A stretch of 55,946 bases of DNA, taken from positions 1 to 55,946 of the forward strand of contig CAJVPI010000092.1 of NCBI GenBank assembly GCA_910592345.1, in the 5' to 3' direction. The notes under the pieces are model-generated. The model had not been told where the DNA came from. It saw nothing but the letters and a program-made list of their open reading frames with translations, and searched no databases. Positions 24,789 to 38,637 of the stretch are shown one piece after another (the stretch's first letter is position 1; each line of letters opens with the position of its first letter). The stretch is from Paraglomus brasilianum (lineage: Eukaryota). The translations under genes were made by a program, and so were the position numbers.

Positions 24789-25306
24789 GGATTTCGTCAT
24801 GTAAGTTGGAGTGCAGATAAAAGAATTTATGGGTAACATAAAATACACATTAACTCAAACAATCTGCAATAATCAATTGGGTAACCTTCACCGATTTCTT
24901 CCCCCCATCGTCATAATACAGCTTTCCTGGAGAAAAAGGGAAACTCTAACAAACAAACTCACTGCTAACAGCCCAAATATATTCATACGTCCCTCGTAAC
25001 TGCTAACTCACCACACTGACCAACAACACTCTTCCGCAGTAGACTCTTTCTGTTCTTACTTCAAAGGTATTACCATTTACCCTTCCACCGAGTTTCAAGT
25101 CGAAAATTTGACGGCTTATCTGTACTATAAAGTGTATATACCAATTCTATTGACAGCTGTAGATGTAGATACTACTATACTTATCAAATACTATCATTAC
25201 GTTACTTGCTTACACACATACTTGCACACATACACATACAGACCCTCACTCACCACACACAGCCCCCTCCCCCACAACACTCTATAGCATATAAAGTTCT
25301 CATAAT

Positions 25307-27055
25307 ATGACAACAACTACGGAAATCTCGTCTACTACCGATTCAATTTCCGGCCGAGACATTTTATATAAGGCGCCAAGTCTTCTAGACGACAACAATA
25401 AGGATGCACCACACACAATAACTGATCAAACGCCCACAAGATTCTTGGCCCGATGTTCTAAACTAGACTTGGAGCCCAATCCATTCGAACAAAGCTTCTC
25501 CCATATAACTCCACTAGGAGATACCTCCGGCACCAACAGTCCCAAACCAAGCCTCCCTCCAGTAGCAGAAATTACCAGTCCAGCAGCAGGAGGAACAAGT
25601 ACATCCGAAAGATATGGCTGGAATCTACAATCACTTCGTACCGGTCCATTATCTCCCGCAATGTTGGAAGGACCTCAGAGCTTTGATGGCCTCGGCGTAG
25701 CAACAAATACCCGTACCGGTACTACTCCTCTCGGTTTCCAATCTTTTGCTGACCAATCCCCTCGATCGGCTGCTCTCTTTGGCGCACAGTCAATGGCTCT
25801 TACATCAACATTTAACAATTCATCAAATACAGTGAAACCTGGCAATGGACTAATGGCTGGCCAGTTCGGACCCAAGGTAAGCATTTCGCAATTCGTTTGT
25901 TGGATTAGTACCGTACTGGCGGACTTGTTTATCACTCTCTAACAAAGTTCACGAACATTCAGGCTGTGTCTAATGTGAGTGGGGCGTCCGTCGTTGATAC
26001 GCAGAATGGACCTGAGATGAATGATGAGAGTGCGACAGGTGAGTGGGTTGGCAAAGAGGGGAAATTTTCGGTATTGAGGACAGATATCCGTGCAACAACC
26101 GGGAGGACAAATTGAGAAGCGATCAGAGTGAAAATCTTTGTGGAAGACTGATATCATGAAATTTAGCGTTTTGTAACTGATGACAACGATCATTATTTTT
26201 GGTAAGACGTAGTACCCACAAAGACAGAAAGGGAAGATTACGGATCCAACACACTGACAAATTCGACGACGACACTATCTACTCGCTCAAGATCGACAAA
26301 GTCTAAAACAAACGGCGTTCGACCACCCAGCCCAACAGACCACAACACCACATCATCTGAAGAAGAAAGCGACGACGGCCATTCCAACGATCTATATACG
26401 AGTTCACCAAAGAATTCAAAGACGAGTCATCGCCGCAAAGCGTCTGATGATCTTATGGATCAGCCTGCACAGAAGAAGAGTAATCAAAAGACAAAAAATG
26501 ATTTATCGGATGCAGAGAAACGGAAAAACTTTTTGGAGAGAAATCGTCAAGGCATGATTATTATAACTAGCATCTGTCATGGTTTCCGTTATTGTAGTTG
26601 GCCGTTCGATGCAACGGATATGACTTTCCTATGCATGGTCTCACTAAATTTTTTTTGCTCATTAAGCCGCCCTCAAATGCCGCCAACGTAAGAAACAGTG
26701 GCTTGCCAACCTCCAAGCCAAGGTCGAATATCTGACTAACGAGAATGAACAGCTGCAGAGCCAAGCAACATCTCTTCGTGAAGAGATTCTTAATCTGAAG
26801 ACATTGCTTCTTGCGCACAAGGATTGTCCAATTGCTCAAGCAAATGGAGTTTTAGGCATTGAAGCACTCGCACATTCCCAAGCAGGCATGACAGCACTTC
26901 ACGGAGTACCAATAGGTATGAATATGGGTATGATGCAGAATACCATACAAAATGTACACGGAGTACAGCAACCGGTGAACGTATCTTCTCACATACAAGT
27001 ACAGCCGCATATTAGTAATCACGTCAATGGAGGGCCGGGATATATGAGAATGTAA
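25307..27055 (+). CDS. ATF1: ATF/CREB-family bZIP transcription factor (Atf1/Sko1-like), 4 coding exons
   Basis: LDLEPNPFEQSF (OSA), SLRTGPLSPAMLEGP (HRA), bZIP EKRKNFLERNRQ|AALKCRQRKKQWLANLQAKVEYLTNENEQLQSQATSLREEILNLKTLLLAHKDCP. Confidence 0.93.
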
Positions 27056-30000
27056 TACAGAAGTAATGGTAGAAGATTACAAGTCTATGAGTCATATACT
27101 AGATAATAGTTGGTATGTTATATAAAATGTTTTGTAGATGATGTTTCTCTTTTCTTTCTTTTCTTTTTTGTTTTTGGGATGGTTTTGGGTGGGGAGGTGG
27201 GGGAGAGGGATTTCGCTTTTTTTTTTTTGTCGTAATGATGTTGGATTCTCTTTTCTTTTCATTTCATTTCTTTTAGCAAAAATAACTTTGCCGTTCCCGC
27301 GGACATTATAAAACTTTGTTTGGCGAGTGAGTGGGAATATTAATATTATTATTTTTTTCCTGTTCTCGTTGGCGATGTTTTCTATAGGTTAAGGATTTCA
27401 GATGCCTACCTATACTGAATTTATTTGTTCTTTTTTTTTTGTTCTTTTTTTTGTTTGTTTTTTCGTTTGTTTTTTTCGTTTGTTTATCAGTTTTCTTCTT
27501 TACATAGTTTTTACACATTGTACAGTTTCATACTTTTATTTCTCTTTTCTGAATCGATTCGATTTATTATATGATCGATGCTATAATGACGGCGTACGCA
27601 TGTGCTGCAATTATCAAGTTTTTTGGAAGCGAGCAAGTGGTGCGTGGTGTTTGATTGGATTGACATCCGGTATCGTCTGGTTGATCGATCTATCTATCAT
27701 ACACGCAATTAATTAAAAAAAAATCACATTTCAGAAAATGAAATGTATACGTTGATTGTTGTATTGACACGACATGTAACACTTGCTTACGATGATCATT
27801 TCCAAAAGCAAGTTAGTCGACTTGTTTTGATGTTGGAAGAACAATAATGGGATTGTTCTATGTTGGGAAAAGTTCGACATGCAAATAAACTCGATGGGGG
27901 GTTGGGGGTGTATATGTGTTCGAGCAAGGGCTCAAAATGTAGAGGACAGAAACCTTAATGAACGTATATTTTATTAAGTCCATCACTTTAAGTATTGTTC
28001 CTTAATATGTCCTTAATATCAGCATATCTGGCGACATGGACATAAGCTATCTCTAATACTTTGTGTATCAATATTAGATCGCAAAACGACCGAGGATAAC
28101 GTGCCTTTATTGCAACGACAAGATTGCGCTTGCCGTCGTAATATATTTTTGTTGTGCAGCCGATTATAGACGCCCTGTGTCATTTGTTTACATGTTTCAA
28201 ATTTTATGTTTGTTTGTTTTAGTAATTATCCCCCCATTTGTACTCTAACGTCAGGTGACAGTCAAACGACGGACGGATAATTACGTAATTAACAAATTAT
28301 CATGTGTGGAATGTATACAGAACTTTATCCATCAGCCGGTTTAAATAAATTCTTCCATGCAAGTTGATATAAGGAACTACGCGTATTGTGAAAACAAGAA
28401 GCCTTAAAATGTCATATTATATACTTCTCAAGCTCATATTCATCCCCGTTCAGAACCATCTGGGGTTTTTTCCATATTCAATGTGTCCTCTCCCTTAGAC
28501 CTTTATGATCGGGTAACATCCTGTGTCCTTTATTAAGCACAGCTAAGGTGGACCTGCTTTTTGCAATGAAATTGTCTCTTCTTCAGACACACATTTGAGT
28601 TATGAATCTGTGGAAACTAATATTAATTATGACGTATATTCCTCCCTAACTCTCCGGTGAATATTCGATCGGTCAGCAATCGCATAAGTGTACATGTCAG
28701 CTAGATTCAGTGCGTGTGTGTGTGTTCAATTACTTTCGATTCCTTCATTATTATAAATGTTTCTAATAAACGAGTAGTCTATACATTATTAATGATTCGT
28801 TCCCTGGCAAATTGTCAGTATAGTTGTGAAACCACTAATCCCTATATCAATTAGAAATGTTCGTTTCTTGTCCCCTAAGATGAGAGTACGTTTGAACAAA
28901 TACAAGCTTACTGTACTGTGTGAGGAGGAGTGCATGGGGCATATGATAAAAATGTTACGGGAATCAATTTAGTCATCAATTTATCAATAACGACAGAAGT
29001 GATGTGATAATTACAGAGGAAGAAGCAGAGTAGTTGATAACTCAAATGTGACAAAAATGTTTGCCTATTCGAAAATCGCCATAAAATAACTAGGTTTGGC
29101 AAGCGTAAGCATTAGTTTTAAGTCCTCTTGACATAAAAAGTTGGGTACCATTGCGGTATAAGAGGATGATTAATAGATGTGTTAGAAATCAGTCTTACTG
29201 TCAAAATATATTTTTCGTGGCGATTTATAGCAAATGAATTAGATTAATAACCTTTGTTGTACTTTACTAGAATGGCTAGTATAAGACCCGGTACTAAGCA
29301 AGGTACTATACTAGAGTCGAATACTAGAGGGATACTAGAACCAATGCGGCGGTATACCCGGATTTTACTACTCACGACCTGGTGTCGATCGGTGTAGAGG
29401 CGGTTATTCGCGCCCTTCAAGTGCTGTGTATTCCCTTTCGATGGGATTGATTCGGAAGCCTATAGGTTGAGCTTAAAGGTCCTAACTGTCGTTATATCTA
29501 ACTAAAACAGGAGAAGCCACAGCTCCGCCTGAAGATAAGCGATCGATTGCTCTCTCGCGATTGTTGACTCGACAAATCACATCTGAAACCACAATCGCAT
29601 TTTAATTCTTGACGTCATGATAAACTCAATGCAGTTAATATTGAACCATGCAATTCTCATTAACGTCTTTAGTATTAGTTTTTATGCAAATAAATTTTAG
29701 TTCACTCATCAGAAATAATGCTTGGCTATTGACAAGCTGGACAAGCTCAGAGGCTTATACAACCAAATGTACTATAAAGCATCAAAGCTTGTCATATAGA
29801 TTTCCCTCAAATTTTGATAATAATTCTCGAGCCGTTTTCACCGTGGAATCTCGTTCCATCCTGCAGTGAATCTTTTGATTACTAACACAAATGTAGCTTT
29901 TTTTTTCAAAGTCATTGTTATCTATATTAATATCATCACTCAGTTTTCGTATTTCTGACATCACCCGGCTCGAATATTCGTACGAATATCGCCAAGGAGA

Positions 30001-33000
30001 GTGCCAGTAGCAAGTTAACAATATGTTTGGAGGAAGGAAATTTACGGCAAGAAATTACCTAGATTATCCACTAACAAGAGAATAAGAGAACAGATTTTAT
30101 CACCCACTCTAGTTGCACAATCTTATGAACGAGTTTTAAATTATCGTGTCGCAAGAAGATCCCAGTCTGTCAACATGTTTTCGATAAGTAAGGCTAGTTT
30201 CAAGCCACATTTGCATGGTTTAACACTAGCTACTAAAAAAAAACTTATTGTGAGGAGAATGAAACGCGTAGAATGACGTGTTGGAACGGATGGAGAAACC
30301 TGTATATATATTCGCATTTGCGCATGCCTAGTCGCCATTATTTTTAAAACACGTAGATATTTTCCGTGTCGACAACCCTTACTGCATCAGCCCATCGTTG
30401 ATAATTTGTTACAGGCAATGAATTAAATAGAACGTTGGTTAATGAGTTTATCTTCTCTAGCACCAACGTTGATGTTAGACTATTTATATTGCTTGCGGAA
30501 AAGAATTTTCACCTATGAGCATACAATTTTGAGCATATAGGATACTTTTATTCAAAGGGTGAATTTTTTTACGTGGTCAGAAGCGATAATTACCGTTACT
30601 CTCAACGAATGCAGTGTATTTTTACCGTTGGTTTTGCTAAGCCGTATATCAATTCCTATACATACAAGAGCCAATACCTATATAAAGAAATAATCAATTT
30701 GGCAAAAATGACGGCTAAAAATGCCGAAGTTTCAATTCTTATTGGGCACACTTTTATCTTCTGGATCCTAACTCTAAATGAATTTATCCATCTATTGCGT
30801 CTTATCTTGGGTACAGAATATATGAAGACCAATTATTGCTGATGATTAGAGATGTCACAAGATTGTCGGCCTTAATTCATCCAAAGTAATTTAGCCGCTG
30901 TCCACTTAATTAACCTATGCACCAATAAACAAAGTGTCTTAAACTTAATTTCACAAAGTCTTACTTAACTTCAATCCATGGCCTTTGCACACACATCGTT
31001 TAGTGAGAAATTGCCTCTGTGGTCATGTCATTTGTCACGTGATATTTGTCTCGTATCGCGTCCTGTCCTGATTAATTTCGATAGTTTTGATTATGCGGCA
31101 ATTTGTCAAATGATAGTCCAAGATTGGGAAACGAGTTTCAGATTTGAATAAACTCGATAAGCGGGCAAAGGATGGGGTGAGCGAATTCCTTTCTACAGTT
31201 GTTTCGAATAAGCAAGTTCACATAACAACGTACAGTAAAATTGAAAGCGAACGAAACAAATCGCTTTTAACAACTGAAAAAAAATTTGAATGAAACAATA
31301 TTAATGATGAATTAAAACATTTGAAGACCTGAAAATTCTCAGGAAAGTTTCTTTGTAAATGCAAAATACCTCAAATTTTCGTTGTTGGTGAGAAAGTTTG
31401 TGCACCTTATTTCTCTTTAATAAACCTCTCCAGGCACAATTTAACAAATGTGTGCCCTTCAAGTCTCAACAAAGTCCGTAAGAAATACACCCGTGTTGGG
31501 AATACTCGTATAAGATGATGTAGTTACCATTCCCCCATCCCGTCTACTTGAAAAAAAATATAGGATATTCTGAAATTGACGTTGCGCGGTCAATGTCCAT
31601 AGACGTTTTGATGGTTGAATACAACTGTCAATCGATCTCGTTACGACATATGTGATTTTACTACATTATCTAACATGAGGAAGGACTAATTCGAAATTAG
31701 CATTATATTGGGATCAATTTAGTTACCTCTCAAGACTCTTTTAACCATTGACATTAATCACACGAGGGGGGAGGGGACTTTCCACCGAATAAAATCTTTC
31801 CTATTGCTTATGCCAGCCCCATCATTTCAAGTAACATGATTTGAACCTGTTAATGATGTTGCATTGTATGGCTTTATCTGAAAACGAGTGAAGAATGAAT
31901 GCCTTCAGGACAATAGTCTGCTCACAATAATACGATTGTATGATTATGACTCAGCATTACTTACTGGCAACCAATTTCCTTTGTTATGGATTATCTGACT
32001 TGTGTACTACTGAATAATCGGATGACAAACACTACTTTATCCGTAGTTTGGACCAGTCACTTACGTGAACTGACTGGAAAACGTAACACACTAATACAAT
32101 AATCGCTCAAAGGTTCTTGAATGACGTATTAATTGCCTTATTTCTTTATACAAAGCATTTGGTTCTGCGCTCACTTTGTTACGACAATTTTGGCTCACGC
32201 CCCCCAATTTCTTTCCCACGCATCCCAGTCAGGTTGGTGATCAGGTAGTTTCTTCTATTCGGCATTCTCCCTTCTTCCCCCCTTCATAGACCACATATTT
32301 TGAAATACACCAATTCCCGAACTGGTCTATCCTGTTGTGGTACAAACTAGGGCTAAACTGGAATAAATCTCGGTTCGAGCCGTATGTGTATAATAATAAC
32401 TAATTACAATAACGAAACATAGAGGGATTATACTTGTTTCTGAATTACGCCCTTTACTGTAATTGTCCCAATATAGATATATACGATAGAGAGAGAAGGA
32501 GAGAGAGAATGAAAGAAAGAGAATGTTATCCGGTATTTGTTTACAATAGACTCTGTTATAATACATATTATATGTAACACATGGGCATGTGCTACCTATT
32601 TGCTCAAAGCATTGATAAAGAAGAGACAACAAAGATGCAATAATGGTGTCGATTTTCACGCTGGTAGGTGAACAAATGTTGGCATAAGGGATGTACAAAT
32701 AAATCTGTATGTCAATGTAACATTAAAGGGAAACATTGCCTAATTTCGTTCAGATCCTAGACTCAATTCCAAACTTTATTTTGAATGACTCTTATCATTG
32801 CTATCTAGTGAAAAGAAAAGAGAATAATTACTCGAGACAAATGTAGAGAAAGACGGGTTAATAATGCGTTTAATATTAAAAACTTCGATTATGAGAATAA
32901 AGTACGAGACAACTGCTAAATCATTTTAAACAATTAAAATGTTTCTTATTTCATTCTTAATTAATGATACATTAAAGCAATGATCGAAACTATTTACAGG

Positions 33001-33067
33001 AACAGTGATTGGATGATACAAAGTCTGAAACTAGCAGTCTTATTCTATTATAAGTAAAATGTTGGTA

Positions 33068-33586
33068 TTATGAGGGGATGTAGTGCTCCTGATCATATAA
33101 ACGATGAGCCCCAGCTTCTGCCGACAGCAGGATAATTGTGGGATCCACATCCGGTAACGGGAATTGTCTTAGAAGCATATCTGCTTCTCTGGCTGCAATT
33201 GTGCGAATAGCATTGATATTGTAATCGTGATTATTTGGGAGCTTCATCCCGGATTGATCTTGGTAGGTTCGGACAGCCTAAAGAGAAAAAGAGAAGAAAT
33301 ACGTCGGTAAGAAAATACTGTCCGACGCTGAAATGCAATGACATAATCATTGTTATCAACCGCACATAAACAAACACACGCTCTCTCTACGAACCTTGAA
33401 GGCTGCAGCTCCGGCAATCATTGCGGCAGAAATAGGAAAACGAGGATCAGGCCCGTAGATATATATTTGGTTGTAATATCGTTCCATCTGAGCGGGGTCA
33501 GCCCCGAACGCATTTGGTACAAACGCATTGAACCCACGAAGGTTCTGTCCGTAAGCGTTAGCGTGTGGATATGTAGAGAAGGCCAT
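33068..33586 (-). CDS. CipC/DUF3759-like small protein, 133 aa, 2 exons (33586-33395, 33277-33068)
   Basis: AMIAGAAAFK|AVRTYQDQSGMKLPNNHDYNINAIRTIAAREADMLLRQF resembles the CipC pattern LIAGAAAFEAMKAYEDH...AGAEVDRL. Clean GT-AG intron. TATATAAAT upstream at ~33778-33786. Confidence 0.65.
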
Positions 33587-35951
33587 TTTTTGGTTTGTGA
33601 TTTTTGAAAGAGTTTGAGTTTGAGTTTCGGTCGCTGTTGTTCTTGTTGTTCTTGTTATTATTGTGTTATTGTTGTGTTGTTGTGTTGTTCTTCTTTGTTG
33701 TTGAGGTGTTAAATACTTATAACGTCGATACAGATACAAAAAGTAGTGCTTGTATGAGAAGTGAGTCGAGAAAGGGTATTTATATACGATTATTTATATT
33801 GATGCAAGTGCTTTTATTTAATGACAATTGAAACATTAATTATATAATCACCTTTTTTTATACAACGTGGGAATTTTGGGGTTAGCACAGGCAACACAGG
33901 CAACACAATCAATTTTGGTTTAGACGGAAAATTCATTAGGCGCTTTTGGATAGTTACATTAATATTATTTAATAGTATTATAAACCATTATAAATCCCCC
34001 AATGGCGTCACTAAAAGACCGCAAACCTATTTTTATCGTCACAAGCGGCCGAACGAGCATATAACTATGCGAATAATGTCATACCATAATACACAATATA
34101 CCTATTATATTGCGTTAGATTATTAATATCAGTGTGTGTGAGGCTCAGGACTAGTGGTAGCTGATGGGAAGTTTGGCTCTCAAAATAGCAGCACAGCACA
34201 ACAATTCAAATAATTACACCATTCTAAATATCATGGCAAAATCGTATGGGTTGCAAATACAAATGGGTAACAATTTGAAAGCTCTATTATCCCCTTGCTG
34301 CGGGGAATATCGTACAAACGGCCCGGGTCCCCAGCGAACAATGGCGAGAAGCTCATATTAATATTGCTTTGCATATTGTTCATACCAACGTAACACAGTC
34401 ATAATTGGTGACTCATTCTCACCCCATGAATTTGACTGGTTCGAGACTACCGCGGCCCTGATGTCGATACATGCAAATGATGCTTAGCTGGGCATTTCAT
34501 TTTAACAAGACTGGCTTTGTTTTGTGGTGCATATTCCATCACTACACTGCTATTACTACTAATACCATTACAATCGCTATCGCTGTGATTGTGGCAGTGA
34601 CTGTCGCCATTACTATCGCTATTGACTGTCACTGTTTAATGCGTCGATCTCCTTTGTCAAAAGAATGTGCGATCGTTACCATACATTATTATGTAAGACA
34701 CTGCAAGAAAAAAAACATGCAAGTTATAGAACGTTCAAGGACATTTTATCATTCTGTTCCTGCTTTAAACATGATTCGCTAGATATTTACAGCTGATGTA
34801 TTTTTAGCCATTGTATGAGCTGGAAACTTCCTGTCGCAATCAGGTGATGTGCGAATTAGCCCAACGATTTAGAGCCACTGATCAAAACCAGCACGATTAT
34901 CCATCTCTAATATTTTACGCCGGTTAGCTCATAAATGATGTCATTGGATAAATTTGCTGTTCTCTGCAAGCCTACTTTTTTCAAACTATTTGAAACCAGA
35001 GAATGAAACATTCAAACAATGTAGTGTTTGATCATCACGACGCCCAAGATGAATACAGTATGCCATTTACAATAACGTTTGAAAAGTCTTCCATTATTAC
35101 GAAACATATTAATATTCATATATCATGCTAATATAATGTTAATATCGACATATCGACATATCGACTGTCGACATTTCCTAACCCCATTACAATCAGCACT
35201 TTTAATGTCGCACTGCATCACAACCCTGGCCAAAAGTTGACAACGTAAACGCTAGTAAAACATGTAAGCAAACTTTCTAACCGTTTATGTATACCGCACA
35301 TTTTTTTCTCAAGACTGAAACTAATTTGCCGACACAGCCCCCCTGATTTCCTGACCTGGTTAGTGAAAAAAAATACTCCATCTCTCTTCTCAGTTCTTGT
35401 TAAACTAACCCAGAATCTCTCTTCAGCTCAAGGCTGCCGGTATGGAACAAGTGGTGTGCAACTAAAAGCATATGTACAACTTTTCATCATTGAGCGTTCG
35501 CAGGGACCCGTTCGGGCTGACCGTATAGGGTCAATAAGTGGGTTACAGTATTTATATTACCCTGATCTAGCACTGCACTGGAACGACAGTTCATTCTCTG
35601 TCAAAATTATTCAATAAAATATTGCCATTTATGGCACTTAAAAGAATCGTAAATATTAGGAAACTTGTTTGCTTGAATCATTCTTGCGCCACAGCAAAGC
35701 CTTACTTGAGTCCTCCAATAGAACATCAGTAGAAGGGGGCCAGAACGGTGAGTCAGGATGCATAAAGTTAGACCCAAAGAATTGCGCTGGGAAAAAAAAA
35801 AAAAAAAGAATCGGGACCATTTGGCTGTCCCCGTGATTCCGACTATTAAGAATTGTGCTACAACTGTTTGATCGAGTCATTTGTGATTGAATCGAGACAA
35901 AGAAACACAAGGGAAAAAGAAGGTGAAACCTTTTCCGACAGTTTAAAAACC

Positions 35952-35987
35952 AATAGTAATAGTAATAGTAATACTAATAGTAATAGT
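35952..35987. repeat. (TAGTAA)n microsatellite
   Basis: aatagtaatagtaatagtaatactaatagtaatagt. Confidence 0.7.
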
Positions 35988-38263
35988 TAAATATTTACAT
36001 AAAACCACGCGAAACAAAGCAACCTGCATTTGGGTAAGGTATGCGCACTCAAATATGCGTGTATCTTTTTACCCTATTTTTTCGTTACACACTTCGTGTG
36101 TTGTCCGTTCAAAAGTATAGTAATGGAACTGGTGTGTGACTCTTTGATCGTATTATCGTATACAGATAACTTGTGCTATTCAGTTTGAGTGCCCGATAAA
36201 CAACTGTACGAAAGGTTTACAACAAAAGAGTTATTTGTACTACTACAAAGTAAAAGATGTTACATAACACGGGCTAACCTTTCTACACTATCGTTGTAAT
36301 TACAGCAAACATATGCACCAACGATACACCCACTCGACTTTATCTAAACCTAACGGCTATCGATTGCCATGGATTTCATTTGTAATTTAACTTATCATGC
36401 ATAATAACGAAGAAGCAAATAAGAATGGAAAACAGACCAACTATATAAATTGGGGTAGTCATAAAATGAAAGATGTAATGTCACGTTTTATAAAGTTGAT
36501 CGATATTCCATTTATCACATGTCTACTGTATTTGAAATTATGAAAATTGATTCAAGACTGTATATCGAAATGTACATGTTTCATGCTTTCCAAGCTACGT
36601 CATAAAAACTAATTCGACACCTCATGAGCACAAAGTATGCACGTCAATTATAGTTAAGCAAGATAATACTCAGATATATCGACTTTGTTTCGTCGTGGTC
36701 TCTTAACTTAACATTCGCAATACGAATAGTAGGCGCATGGTTATAGACAACATTTTCGAACACAATAAATATACACATGATTTAATCCATAACATTACGG
36801 TCAAACTCTTTCATTCAATGGACCTTTTGTAGTGGTCAGAGATTGAATTACTTGTAGCTCTAAGCTTTGTTAAGTTTCAACGAGCAGACATTTATTTCTG
36901 GTTTCGTTTCATAAACTTTGTGAAATTTGTTCTGGCAGCAGTTTGGGAGACTTGAACTTAACAATTTGTATTACGGTTAATTGGAAGGATCAGAAATTGC
37001 ACCGATTTCTGTAAGCCTGCACTCACTTATGCCAAGTTTGAATTATTATATTAAACAGCTTCAAACAGCAGTCCTTTGACATAAGCATATGTAAATGGGG
37101 TCAAAGCATAATTGACGCAGATCGAACAGTACATGTTGTGAGTAATGATGAATGGCGTAAAAGCGTTAATTATTATTGACACTCATTCCATCCTATTTTC
37201 ATTTTCATTTTCAGATCTCAAGTCTACTCTCAGCTATCGATCTTCAATGTTATAATACAAGAAATCTGTTCCAGACAATACATACATGCACGTGGTTTAA
37301 CTGTGCATCTCTTTTCATTCGGGAAGTTCTGCTTAATAATTGTCTTATCTTCCAGGCAGTACCAAATGTCTGACACCTGCAGGTTCATTTTCAACTCGCC
37401 ATGTCACCTCGCTGCCGAGGATGATAAAAGAACAAACTTTTTTATCTACTTATCAGCCAGCTGACGGTTGTGTGGGAAAATTGTCTGCCGTCATATAGGT
37501 TTTGCTCAATAAAGAAGTTTTTTGTTGTTCGCTTCTTGACACAAAAGAACCAACAGTTTATTCTGCTTTTCGCTATTGAACGGCTCAGGATAAAAAATTA
37601 TCCTTAAATAGGACAATATTGACAAAGTGACCTTTAACAGAGGGATGAAGGAAGATATAATTTATGTGGGCATAAAAAATGAGCTAGACTGTTGTTATAG
37701 ATTCACGTGACGTAATACTGACACAGCATAATACTTGTGGGATTATAAATTTGGCGCTGAAAGATTTTATTTTTTTCAAACTCCCTTCACTGATTGTATT
37801 GTATTTCAAAATTCCCAACAAATGCCATGATCTTGTTGTCATCAATAAACTCACATCTCAATTAAGAAACAGGAATAGTCTGTATTAGTATATGCACGTG
37901 TAACAAATAAATTGCGTGCTAAATAAAATTGACAATTTTTTTTGATAACTAGTATCCGAGAACAAGGGCAATTCAAAATTTGAATTAAAATTCTCCAGAC
38001 CAGCATAGACGCTTACACGCTTCGTTAATTTAATCGTGCTAGTCCATTTTTTTTTATATATATATAAAACTTTTTCTAATCCTTTTAATCGTTCTACACG
38101 TTTTCACATATTGAAATCCGGTTTAATCAAAGATATCAACTCTTCATTGTACATTTATAATACGCCTCATAGGGTCGTCCCCTGACTAATTATAAACTAA
38201 TGCACTAGTGCAATCGCAATAATCAAGCATCGCTATTTATTTTATTACATAATTTGCTTATTA

Positions 38264-38408
38264 CACATGCAAACTCGACAAGTCTCTCGATGATTCAATT
38301 TTGGCCCAAGAAGGCAAAACTTCCCAAGCCCTTTTTCTCAATTTAATATTTAAAATCTCTCGATAAGTCGGTCCACCATGCATGACCGACTCATCGAGTT
38401 TGCATGTG
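38264..38408. mobile_element. 145-bp Tc1/mariner-pogo-type MITE with perfect 15-bp TIRs and TA TSD
   Basis: TA-CACATGCAAACTCGA ... TCGAGTTTGCATGTG-TA. Confidence 0.85.
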
Positions 38409-38503
38409 TATGTTGATATACATTGTTAAAAAAAAAGGTACTCTAAAGGTTGGGTAAAAAACTCGTTAATTTCATATAAATATTGCCGACATACTTTTTG
38501 CAA

Positions 38504-38556
38504 GAACAACAACGACGACGACAACAACGACGACGACAACAACAACGACAACAACA
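38504..38556. repeat. (CAA/CGA)n trinucleotide repeat
   Basis: aacaacaacgacgacgacaacaacgacgacgacaacaacaacgacaacaac. Confidence 0.8.
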
Positions 38557-38637
38557 CAAATCATATATCAATTCCGTTTCACGGTATTTACTATTAAGTA
38601 ACTTCAATTAGATTATCAACTCCTCCGTGCACGGTGC

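Noticed and set aside
27306..27716. Lys-rich and Phe-rich ORFs
   Set aside because: Arise from poly-T low-complexity sequence downstream of ATF1.
29700..30021. Possible minus-strand pseudogene fragment (MERDSTVKTARELLSKF)
   Set aside because: Protein-like but with no recognisable family or gene structure.
34447..34782. Overlapping short ORFs on both strands
   Set aside because: Low-complexity hexamer-like sequence with no coding evidence.
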